Below, in pieces: positions 40,905-49,372 of a stretch of DNA of 64,000 nt; the stretch's first letter is position 1, and the number at the start of each line of letters is the position of its first letter. The notes below the pieces were generated by a model. That model was not told the DNA's origin. It made no database searches and saw nothing but the letters and a program-made list of their open reading frames with translations. The stretch is from Pseudomonadales bacterium (GTDB lineage Bacteria; Pseudomonadota; Gammaproteobacteria; Pseudomonadales; Pseudohongiellaceae): assembly GCA_022822865.1 (NCBI GenBank), contig JAJDYJ010000029.1:26440-90439 (forward strand). Reading direction: 5' to 3'. A program made the position numbers and the translations under genes.

Positions 40905-41201
40905 TCAGATTGAGGGCGGACCCGTGGGCGGAGGTCGAATCAGGCGCAGACGCTTCAGCGGCGCTTGTCTTGCGGATTGAATTGCCGCGGAGGCCGCGGC
41001 GACGAACACTGGCGCGGCGAGATTTGCAGTCGGTACGAGCCCTTCCTGCGCATCGGTCAGGATCGCAATACAGGCAACGCCATTATGCTCGTGGGGAAGT
41101 GAGCCGAATTCGCCCGCATGCACAACGGAGATCGATTGCCCGGCCAGGAACAGGACTACCCCGAGCTTCAGTATCCAATTGTGCCGAGCGATTGGCGACA
41201 T
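40905..41201 (-). CDS. small secreted His/Cys protein (DUF2946-like, from memory)
   Basis: 98 aa with signal peptide MSPIARHNWILKLGVVLFLAGQSISVVHA. The mature part reads GEFGSLPHEHNGVACIAIL...LRLIRPPPTGPP. It has the same layout as 30601..30882. Confidence 0.55.
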   Translation of the reverse strand: MSPIARHNWILKLGVVLFLAGQSISVVHAGEFGSLPHEHNGVACIAILTDAQEGLVPTANLAAPVFVAAASAAIQSARQAPLKRLRLIRPPPTGPPSI

Positions 41202-41297
41202 GCCGACATTCTACACGAGTCGGATTCCTGCGCAAATTCACGCAAAGCTTCCCTGGGAGCCTAATTGGTCTTGACGATTCTCTGCCAAAAAATCCGA

Positions 41298-42344
41298 TTA
41301 CCGCGCCAGATAGATATGGAATCCTTCGCTGGCGTGGTGGCTCCACTCGCCTGACTCGCCGGCGTAGATCAGGTAAACGGGCTTGCCATTGCTTTCGGCG
41401 AAAGCGCGGCTTTCGGCCAATCCCAGCACCATGAGGCCCGTGGCCAGGGCGTCCGCTCTTGCGGCGGACGGGTCGATGACATAGGCAGCCGCGAGTTCGT
41501 GCCGCACCGGGCGGCCGTTGCGCGGGTCAATCTGGTGGGACCAGCGTTCGCCTTCGAGTTCGAAATAGTTTCGATAGTTACCCGAGCCGGCGATGGCGAA
41601 GCTCTCGCCCCGATTATCGACCACGGCATGGATATCGAAGGCTTCGGAATCGGGCGCTTCGAGCGCGGCCAGCCATGACTGGAAGCCGGGTTTGCGGCCG
41701 CCGATCCTGAGTTCGCCGCCGATTTCGAGGAAGTAGCCGTCGAATCCCCGCTCTTCAAGCAAGGCGGCCATGCGGTCCACGGCATAGCCCTTGGCGACCG
41801 CGCTCAAATCGATGTAAACGTCGGCCAGGCGGGTCGCTGTCGATGCGGATTCATCCAGTTCGATCTTGTCCGCGCCGGTGCGGTTCAACGCTTCGCGGAT
41901 TTCGTCTTCTCCGGGGATTCGCGGGCCGCCGGCCACCGGGCCGCCCGGCCCGAAGCCCCAGAGATTGACCAGGGCGCCCGCGGTCACGTCGAAGGCGCCG
42001 CCAGTGAGCGACGAGATCTCGCGCGACAGGCGCAAGACTTCAAGCAATTCGCCGGATACGGGCATCGCAGTTCCGACAGGCTGCGAGTTCAGGCGGGAAA
42101 GCTCCGATTCGGCGGCATAGGTCGAGAATACCTGCCGGTCGAGGCGCTCAAGCAGGGATTCGAAGTCAGCCGTCAGGCCGGGCGATTGGTCTTGCCAGGG
42201 CGGGACCACCCATTGCGCCGACCACGAGGTGCCCATGGTTCGGCCGGAGGCCTCGCGAATCGTACCCGAGCCGGCGAACCAGATCAGTCCGAAAGCGAGC
42301 AGCAGCCCCCAGATGCCGGCAAATGCGAGCAGGCGCCTGAACAC
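41298..42344 (-). CDS. apbE: FAD:protein FMN transferase (ApbE family)
   Basis: Track ORF 41298..42434. I prefer the GTG at 42342-42344, which starts after the gap stop. Membrane anchor LLAFAGIWGLLLAFGLIWF. ApbE motifs: MGTSWS, GAFDVT, LSAVAKGYAVD, AIAGSGNYRNYF, ADALATG. Confidence 0.85.
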   Translation of the reverse strand: MFRRLLAFAGIWGLLLAFGLIWFAGSGTIREASGRTMGTSWSAQWVVPPWQDQSPGLTADFESLLERLDRQVFSTYAAESELSRLNSQPVGTAMPVSGELLEVLRLSREISSLTGGAFDVTAGALVNLWGFGPGGPVAGGPRIPGEDEIREALNRTGADKIELDESASTATRLADVYIDLSAVAKGYAVDRMAALLEERGFDGYFLEIGGELRIGGRKPGFQSWLAALEAPDSEAFDIHAVVDNRGESFAIAGSGNYRNYFELEGERWSHQIDPRNGRPVRHELAAAYVIDPSAARADALATGLMVLGLAESRAFAESNGKPVYLIYAGESGEWSHHASEGFHIYLAR

Positions 42345-42363
42345 CCGCGAATTCCCGCCCGCG

Positions 42364-43941
42364 TCAGGCAGCGGCCTCTTCCCGCGGATAATGCCGGTAA
42401 AGTATGCCGGCCATCTTGTAGACCGTGCGCACAACCTGGGCGCAATAGCCGAATTCGTTGTCGTACCACAGGTACAGTACGCAATTGTTGCCGCTGGCCA
42501 CGGTGGCGATGCTGTCGACGATGGCCGCCTCGCGGGTGCCGACGAAGTCGCTGGATACCGCGTCCTCGGACTGGGTAAAGCTGATCTGGTTCTGCAGATT
42601 CGAGTGCAGCGCGATATCGCGCAAAAACTCGTTCAACTCATCCTTGCACGTTTCCCGCTCCAGGCTCAGATTCATGATGGCCATGGAAACGTTGGGCACG
42701 GGTACGCGAACCGCGTTGCCGGTAAGCTTGCCTTCGAGTTCCGGAATCGCCTTTACCGCCGCCTTGGCCGCACCGGTTTCGGTCAGCACCATGTTCATTG
42801 CCGCGCCGCGTCCGCGCCGGGCGCCCTTGTGGTAGTTGTCGATGAGATTCTGGTCGTTGGTGTAGGCATGCACGGTTTCGATATGCCCGCGCTCAATGCC
42901 AAACTCGTCCTGGATCACCTTGAGTACGGGAACGACGGCATTGGTGGTGCAGGAAGCCGCGGAGACTATCCTGTCGTCCGCTTCGATCAAATCGTCGTTG
43001 ATTCCATAGACGATGTTCTTCAGATCGCCCTTGCCCGGCGCGGTCAGCAGCACCTTGCTCGCGCCTTTCGATTTCAGATGCAGCGAAAGACCCGCTTCGT
43101 CGCGCCACTTGCCGGTGTTGTCGATGATCAGGGCGTTGTCGATGCCGTACTCGGTATAGTCGATCTCGTCCGGCGAGTTCGCGTAGATCACCTTGATCAC
43201 ATTGCCGTTGGCGATCAGGGCGTTGTTTTCCTCGTCGATGCGCAAGGTGCCCTGGAAGGCGCCATGCACGGAATCGGCGGTGAACAGATTGGCGCGCTTG
43301 ACCAGATCGCCTTCGACACCGGGCCGCACCACGATGGCCTTAAGGCGCATGTCCTCGCCGGTGCTCGTGCGCTCGAGCAGCAGCCTGGCGCAAAGCCGGC
43401 CGATACGGCCGAACCCGTATAACACCACATCCGTGGAGTGATCCGACGGGCGCTTGCGCACACCGTCGAGATAGCTGAGTTCCCTGCGCACGAAAACCGC
43501 CGGAGACATGGCGCCGGGATTTTTCGCGTCGAGTTCCATGAACTTGACGGTCAGCTTGCCGAGATCGATGCGCGCGTGCCAGAGATCGAGTTCCGCCATC
43601 GCCATCAGGATGGGATGGGTCTCGAACTCGGACATCTCGTTGCGTTCGACCTGCCGCACGAAGCGATGCGACTTCATGATGAACGTGACCGAGCGGTTGT
43701 GCACCGGCCGGCCGTAGATGTAAACGCCGACATTACGCTGGCTGAACAGGCGGCCGATGACGGGAATCATCTCCTGCACGAGCGCCTCGCGCTGCTTCCA
43801 GTCGCCGAAATAGTCGTCGACCCTGGGCCGCGCGGTTTTCGCGGAAGCCGCAATCCTGGCCCGGCCCTTTGGTTTTGCCCGTTTCGCCGGCTTGGTATCG
43901 GTCACTGATTCGGATTCGGCTTCTGCTTTGAGCTGATCCAC
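42364..43941 (-). CDS. gap: glyceraldehyde-3-phosphate dehydrogenase, long form (like the Pseudomonas gene next to mfd)
   Basis: 525 aa from the GTG at 43939-43941 (start uncertain; another in-frame GTG lies 12 codons downstream). GAPDH core GFGRIGR...SCTTNA...WYDNEFGY, preceded by a long N-terminal extension. Divergent from mfd. Confidence 0.88.
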   Translation of the reverse strand: MDQLKAEAESESVTDTKPAKRAKPKGRARIAASAKTARPRVDDYFGDWKQREALVQEMIPVIGRLFSQRNVGVYIYGRPVHNRSVTFIMKSHRFVRQVERNEMSEFETHPILMAMAELDLWHARIDLGKLTVKFMELDAKNPGAMSPAVFVRRELSYLDGVRKRPSDHSTDVVLYGFGRIGRLCARLLLERTSTGEDMRLKAIVVRPGVEGDLVKRANLFTADSVHGAFQGTLRIDEENNALIANGNVIKVIYANSPDEIDYTEYGIDNALIIDNTGKWRDEAGLSLHLKSKGASKVLLTAPGKGDLKNIVYGINDDLIEADDRIVSAASCTTNAVVPVLKVIQDEFGIERGHIETVHAYTNDQNLIDNYHKGARRGRGAAMNMVLTETGAAKAAVKAIPELEGKLTGNAVRVPVPNVSMAIMNLSLERETCKDELNEFLRDIALHSNLQNQISFTQSEDAVSSDFVGTREAAIVDSIATVASGNNCVLYLWYDNEFGYCAQVVRTVYKMAGILYRHYPREEAAA

Positions 43942-44074
43942 GAGGGTCTCCGCTTGGCTGATTTTCGGCGCGGCGTATTATCGTTTTTTGGCCGCCGGAA
44001 TTCAATGTGAGGCGGAGCATGGGTTACAATCCGCGGCCCTTCGCGCTCGCTTCGAACCGGTATGTCGGGAACCC

Positions 44075-47000
44075 ATGGCTGAAGTCTTCAATCCGCCCTT
44101 GCCGGCCGGCGCCGGCAAAGCCGGTTATTGGCCGATCCGGCAGGATTCCGCCAATAGCCTGGCGCTCGCGGCGGCTGTCCGCCGCACCAAAGGTCCCCTG
44201 CTCGCCGTCTGCGAAGACACCGAAGCGGCCGAGCGGCTGTCAAGGGAGTTGCGCTATTACCTGTCCCGGCATGAGGATCTGCCCGTACTCGGCTTGCCGG
44301 ATTGGGAAACCCTGCCCTACGATAACTTTTCTCCACACCAGGACATCGTTTCCCAGCGCCTGACCACCTTGCACCGGTTTCCCCTGCTGCGAAAGGGCAT
44401 CCTGGTGCTTCCAGTGACCGGACTGTTACTGCGGCTGCCGCCGAAAAACCATGTGGCCGCCAACAGCCTGGATTTGCGAGTCGGCCAGCGGCTGACGATC
44501 GAGGAGTTCCGCGCTCAACTGATTACCGCGGGATACACGGCGGTCAATACCGTACTCGACCACGCCGAGTTCGCCGTACGCGGATCCGTGGTCGATCTGT
44601 TTCCCATGGGCAGCCCGGAGCCGATCCGCGTCGACCTGTTCGACGAGGAGATCGAATCCTTGCGCAGCTTCGACCCGGAAACCCAGCGGACCCGGGAACG
44701 GATTCAGGAAATACGCCTGCTGCCGGGGCGCGAATTTCCGCTCGATGCGGCCGCGATCAGCGGCTTCCGGGGACGTTTCCAGGACCGTTTCGACGTAAAT
44801 CCCCGGCAATGCCCGATTTATCGCGATGTCAGCGACGGCATCGCCTCTCCCGGCCTCGAGTACTATCTGCCGCTGTTCTTCGACGAATTGCACACCCTGT
44901 TCGACTATCTTCCGGAACGGACCCTTGTGGTCCAGGTCGGTGACATCCACCAGGCCGGCGAGGAATTCCGGCGCGAGGTCGCAAATCGTCACCACGACCG
45001 CAATTTCGACAGCCGCCGCCCCATTCTCGAACCCGACGAGATCTTCCTGCCGGTCAACGAAGCGCTGGCCGGTCTCAAGCGTTATCCGCGCATTCGCATG
45101 ACCGCATCCGCGCGGGAGGTCTTCCGCCTGCGGCAGCTTCCCGATCTGGCGATGAATCCCCGCTTGCAAAAACCCTTGCAGGCCGTGAGCGACTTCATCG
45201 GCAGTTGCGAATCGCGCGTGCTGTTCTGCGCGGAAAGCCCGGGCCGCCGGGAAAACCTGCAACAGTTGCTCGGCCGGATCGGACTGCGGCCGACGGCCTT
45301 CGATCACTGGGAGGACTTCATCGAAGCGGATGCGCCGAGCGGCATTACCGTCGCGCCGATCGACCGCGGGCTATGGCTCGAAGACGAAAAGCTCGTGCTC
45401 ATCACCGAAGAGATGCTGTTCGGCAACCGTGTCGCGCAACGGCGGCGCAGAAGGCGCTCGGAACAGAATCCCGAACTCGTGCTGAAAGACCTGTCCGAGT
45501 TGCATCTCGACGACGCCGTGGTCCATGTCGAGCACGGCGTAGGCAGATATCGCGGCCTGACGACGATCGCCACCGACGGCCAGAACGCCGAATTCCTGAC
45601 GATCGAATACGCCAGACAGGCAAGATTGTACGTGCCGGTGACCGACCTCCATCTCGTCGGCCGCTATAGCGGCATGAGCCAGGACGAGGCGCCGCTGAAC
45701 ATCCTGGGCACGGAGCAATGGCGGCGCGAAAAACGCAAGGCCGCCGAGAAAATCCGCGATGTCGCCGCCGAACTGCTCGACATTCATGCCCGGCGCGAGG
45801 CGGAAAAGGGCTTTGCCTATCGTTGCGACTTGCCCGAGTACGACCGCTTCGCCGCCGGATTTCCCTTCGAGGAGACAGCCGATCAGCAGACCGCCATCGA
45901 CGCGGTGATCGCCGACATGGGTTCGCAAAGGCCGATGGACCGGCTGGTCTGCGGCGACGTCGGTTTCGGCAAGACCGAAGTCGCCATGCGGGCGGCGTTC
46001 ATTGCCGTGATGAACGGCCGTCAGGCCGCCGTACTCGTGCCGACCACCCTGCTGGCGCAACAGCATTTCGAGAATTTCCGCGACCGCTTCAGCGACTGGC
46101 CGTATACGGTGGAGGTCATCTCCCGCTTCAGGACCCAGGCCGAGCAGACGGAGATTCTCCAGCGCGTAAAGTCCGGCGGCATCGACATCCTCATCGGCAC
46201 CCATAGCCTGCTGAACGCGAAAATCGACTATGGCAAGCTCGGCCTGCTCGTCATCGACGAGGAGCACCGTTTCGGCGTGCGGCAGAAAGACAAGCTGAAA
46301 TCCCTGCGCGCGAGCGTGGATATTCTCACGCTCACCGCGACCCCGATCCCCCGCACGCTCAACATGGCGCTCGCCGACATGCGCGACCTGTCGCTGATCG
46401 TCACGCCGCCGGCGAAACGGCTGTCGATCCGCACCTTCGTGCGCGAACACGAGGATGCCATCGTCAAGGAAGCGATCAGCCGCGAATTGCTGCGCGGCGG
46501 CCAGGTGTTCTACCTGCATAACGAAGTACGCGGCATGGAGCGCGCCATGCTGCATCTGGCCGACATCGTGCCCCAGGCGCGGCTCGCCATGGCCCACGGA
46601 CAGATGCCCGAGCGCCAGCTCGAAAAGGTCATGGCCGATTTCTACCACAAGCGTTACAACGTACTCGTCTGCTCGACCATCATCGAAACCGGCATCGACA
46701 TCCCCAGCGCCAACACCATCGTCATCCGCCGCGCCGACAAATTCGGGCTTGCGCAATTGCACCAGTTGCGCGGCCGCGTCGGCCGCTCGCATCACCAGGC
46801 CTATGCCTATCTGCTGATCCCCGAGCGCCGCGCGCTCAAGCCGGACGCGCGCAAGCGCATCGAAGCGATCGAGACCGCCACCGAACTCGGCGCGGGCTTC
46901 ACCCTCGCCTCCCACGATCTCGAAATCCGCGGGGCGGGCGAATTGCTCGGGGACGAGCAAAGCGGGCATATGCAGAAGATCGGATATGCACTCTATATGG

Positions 47001-47533
47001 AAATGCTGATGGACGCGGTGCGGGCGATTCGCGAAGGAAGAATGCCGAGCAGCAGTCCGGAACTGGAAGAAACGGTGGATATCAGTCTGCGCATTCCGGC
47101 GCTGATTCCGGAAGACTACCTGCCGGACGTGCATACCCGCCTGATCATGTACAAGCGCATCGCCTCCTGCCGCGGCAAGGAGGAACTCGACGAATTGCAG
47201 GTGGAAATGATCGACCGTTTCGGACTGTTGCCACAGCCGCTGAAATCGATGTTCCGGCTGAGCGAACTGAAATTGCGCGCCCGGGATTTCGGTATCCGCA
47301 AGATTGATGCTAATGTTTCCGGCGGGCGCATTGAATTCGCCGAATCCGCCCGCGTCGACCCGGCGGCCATCGTGCGGCTGATCGAATCCGAACCGGCGAA
47401 TTTCGCCCTCGGCGGCACGAGACTGTTACGAATCAAGGGCGGGTTCCTCGACGCGGACGACAAGCTCGAATATATAGACGGCCTGCTCGACCGCATCGAA
47501 ATCAAGGAGCGGCCTGTCGCGCAAACTGCCTGA
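44075..47533 (+). CDS. mfd: transcription-repair coupling factor
   Basis: Track ORF 43988..47533, with the ATG at 44075 (MAEVFNPPLPAG). Helicase motifs GDVGFGKTEVA, DEEHRFGV, TATPIPRT, QLRGRVGR. 1152 aa. Confidence 0.95.
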   Translation: MAEVFNPPLPAGAGKAGYWPIRQDSANSLALAAAVRRTKGPLLAVCEDTEAAERLSRELRYYLSRHEDLPVLGLPDWETLPYDNFSPHQDIVSQRLTTLHRFPLLRKGILVLPVTGLLLRLPPKNHVAANSLDLRVGQRLTIEEFRAQLITAGYTAVNTVLDHAEFAVRGSVVDLFPMGSPEPIRVDLFDEEIESLRSFDPETQRTRERIQEIRLLPGREFPLDAAAISGFRGRFQDRFDVNPRQCPIYRDVSDGIASPGLEYYLPLFFDELHTLFDYLPERTLVVQVGDIHQAGEEFRREVANRHHDRNFDSRRPILEPDEIFLPVNEALAGLKRYPRIRMTASAREVFRLRQLPDLAMNPRLQKPLQAVSDFIGSCESRVLFCAESPGRRENLQQLLGRIGLRPTAFDHWEDFIEADAPSGITVAPIDRGLWLEDEKLVLITEEMLFGNRVAQRRRRRRSEQNPELVLKDLSELHLDDAVVHVEHGVGRYRGLTTIATDGQNAEFLTIEYARQARLYVPVTDLHLVGRYSGMSQDEAPLNILGTEQWRREKRKAAEKIRDVAAELLDIHARREAEKGFAYRCDLPEYDRFAAGFPFEETADQQTAIDAVIADMGSQRPMDRLVCGDVGFGKTEVAMRAAFIAVMNGRQAAVLVPTTLLAQQHFENFRDRFSDWPYTVEVISRFRTQAEQTEILQRVKSGGIDILIGTHSLLNAKIDYGKLGLLVIDEEHRFGVRQKDKLKSLRASVDILTLTATPIPRTLNMALADMRDLSLIVTPPAKRLSIRTFVREHEDAIVKEAISRELLRGGQVFYLHNEVRGMERAMLHLADIVPQARLAMAHGQMPERQLEKVMADFYHKRYNVLVCSTIIETGIDIPSANTIVIRRADKFGLAQLHQLRGRVGRSHHQAYAYLLIPERRALKPDARKRIEAIETATELGAGFTLASHDLEIRGAGELLGDEQSGHMQKIGYALYMEMLMDAVRAIREGRMPSSSPELEETVDISLRIPALIPEDYLPDVHTRLIMYKRIASCRGKEELDELQVEMIDRFGLLPQPLKSMFRLSELKLRARDFGIRKIDANVSGGRIEFAESARVDPAAIVRLIESEPANFALGGTRLLRIKGGFLDADDKLEYIDGLLDRIEIKERPVAQTA

Positions 47534-47537
47534 AACC

Positions 47538-48395
47538 ATGAAAAATTTCCGTTTCCTGACCATGCTGGCCGGCCTGCTTGTTTCGGGCCATTCCGGTCTT
47601 GTCGAAGCCCAGGGGTTCCAGCGCTGGTTTCAGGTCGAGCTGACGATATTCAGCAATGAATCGAGCTCGGACCGCGAGCGGGAGACCTGGCGCCCGGAAT
47701 ATCCGGATCTGGCTTTTCCTCCGGATATGGTTCGACTGGGAAAACTGACCGATCTGCTCTTGCTGGAGTTGTTCGCGCCCGATAGCGACGCGGACGATTC
47801 CGCGGCGGAAGGCGAAACGCCTGATCCCGACCTCGCACGTTTGCGCGAAACCGGGCCGTTTCCCGCCCGCGACGCAAGCGGTTTCCGCTTTCCCGACCTG
47901 CAACGGGATCCGTTTCTGGAGTTACCTGTCTCGTTCAGCGATTTCCGCCAGACGAATCAGGCGATCGATCGGGCGGGTCAATATCGGGTGCTTTACGACG
48001 CGATATGGCGCCAGCCGATAGGAGACCCGGGCTCGGCAACGCCGATATTCGTCGCCGGCGGCGCCCGTTACGGTCCGCTGGCCGAATTGCAGGGCTCGGT
48101 AGCGCTGGAGTTCAACGCGAGCCGCGACCGGGTAATATTCAGCGCGAACCTCTGGCTGGTCGAATTCGGCGGCGCGCCGGACGATCAATTGTCACTGCCG
48201 CCGCTGCCGGAAGAATTCAGGGAAACTACCGACAGTTCGGCCTCACCGGCGATCAGCCGGATTTATCCCATGCACCAGCAACGCGAACTGCGCAGCGGCG
48301 AGTTCCACTATCTCGACCACCCCGCCCTGGGCATCGTCGTGCAGATCACACCCTACGACCTCCCCCCTCCGGAACCCGTCGAAGTTCAGCCCTGA
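47538..48395 (+). CDS. CsiV-family periplasmic protein (follows mfd)
   Basis: 285 aa with signal peptide MKNFRFLTMLAGLLVSGHSGLVEA. It carries WFQVELTIFS and the C-terminal HYLDHPALGIVVQITPY, which I recall as CsiV/DUF2803-like. The position after mfd matches Vibrio and Pseudomonas. Confidence 0.7.
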   Translation: MKNFRFLTMLAGLLVSGHSGLVEAQGFQRWFQVELTIFSNESSSDRERETWRPEYPDLAFPPDMVRLGKLTDLLLLELFAPDSDADDSAAEGETPDPDLARLRETGPFPARDASGFRFPDLQRDPFLELPVSFSDFRQTNQAIDRAGQYRVLYDAIWRQPIGDPGSATPIFVAGGARYGPLAELQGSVALEFNASRDRVIFSANLWLVEFGGAPDDQLSLPPLPEEFRETTDSSASPAISRIYPMHQQRELRSGEFHYLDHPALGIVVQITPYDLPPPEPVEVQP

Positions 48396-48404
48396 AGGTG
48401 GGTA

Positions 48405-48535
48405 ATTGACTTCGATCCGTCGCTGGCGGCATTGGGCTTTGCTGCGGACGCCGTAAATACATCCATGTAGGCTTCGCGTTCGGCATCCCTGCCTCACACG
48501 CCCGCCGCAAAGCCCAATGCCGCCAGCGACTCAGG
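48405..48535. repeat. structured intergenic repeat, copy B (perfect 24-nt inverted arms)
   Basis: Arms at 48419-48442 (GTCGCTGGCGGCATTGGGCTTTGC) and 48507-48530 are exact reverse complements. The flanks and loop share CTTCGATCCGTCGC, GCGGACGCCGTRAATAC and CCCTGCCTCACACGCCCGC with copy A. Confidence 0.8.
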
Positions 48536-48563
48536 TTGTGCGTAAGTTTAGTTGGCTGGGTTT

Positions 48564-49307
48564 CTAAAGTGATTCGATGAAGGCTTCTATGATGCCGATC
48601 AGTTCCACGGTGCCGAAGCCATGGACCCGTTTTATGTCTTTCATGTCGATGACGCCTTCGCCGAGGCCGGCGGCCCAGTTGACGGACAGGGCGAGGCAGG
48701 CGTAGGGGATTTCGAGTTCTCGCGCAAGGACTGCTTCGGGCATGCTGGTCATGCCTACCATGTCGCAGCCGTCGCGGCGCAGGCGCAGGATTTCGGCGGC
48801 GGTTTCCAGGCGCGGGCCTTGCAGGACGCCATAGACGCCGCCGAATTTGATGCTTTTTTCGACCCGGGCCGCGGCGTCGCGCAGGGCCTCGCGTAGCGGC
48901 TGGTCGTACGGCCAGGTGAAGTCGATGTGCCTGGGCGGTTCGTCGGCGCCATCGAAAAAGGTGCATTCCCGGCCCCATGTGTAGTCGATCAATTGCTCCG
49001 GAATCGCCATGGCGCCGGGCGGAAGGTCTTCGCTGATGCCGCCGACGGTATTGGTCGCGACGATCCGGTCGACGCCGAGGCTTTGCAGCGCCCAGATATT
49101 GGCCTTGTAATTGACCTTGTGGGCGGGCACGCGGTCGCCGGCTGCGTGACGCGGCAGAAACGCGATTCTGACCTTGTTCAGGCGGCAGATATCGACCTGC
49201 ACCGGCCCGCCGTAGGGCGTCCGGATGGCTTCGATGGTTTCCACTTCCAGCGCGCGCACTTCGCCGCGCAACGAGCCCAGACCCGACCCTCCGATAACGG
49301 CCAGCAT
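48564..49307 (-). CDS. mtnP: S-methyl-5'-thioadenosine/thioinosine phosphorylase (MTAP family)
   Basis: 247 aa: MLAVIGGSGL...FLPRH...NTVGG...GPRLETAAE...DMVGMTSMPEA. PNP/MTAP family. Confidence 0.88.
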   Translation of the reverse strand: MLAVIGGSGLGSLRGEVRALEVETIEAIRTPYGGPVQVDICRLNKVRIAFLPRHAAGDRVPAHKVNYKANIWALQSLGVDRIVATNTVGGISEDLPPGAMAIPEQLIDYTWGRECTFFDGADEPPRHIDFTWPYDQPLREALRDAAARVEKSIKFGGVYGVLQGPRLETAAEILRLRRDGCDMVGMTSMPEAVLARELEIPYACLALSVNWAAGLGEGVIDMKDIKRVHGFGTVELIGIIEAFIESL

Positions 49308-49372
49308 GCTTTTATCCTCGCTTGGGATTGCGCGGGCAACATAAACCAGAAGATCGCACAGGGCAATGCCCC

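Noticed and set aside
30883-41297. Fur or Zur boxes in the few intergenic gaps of the metal cluster (30883-31034, 38524-38611, 40814-40904, 41202-41297)
   Set aside because: I could not find a convincing match to GATAATGATAATCATTATC-type or Zur-type palindromes by eye. A position-weight-matrix scan would be needed before claiming absence or presence.
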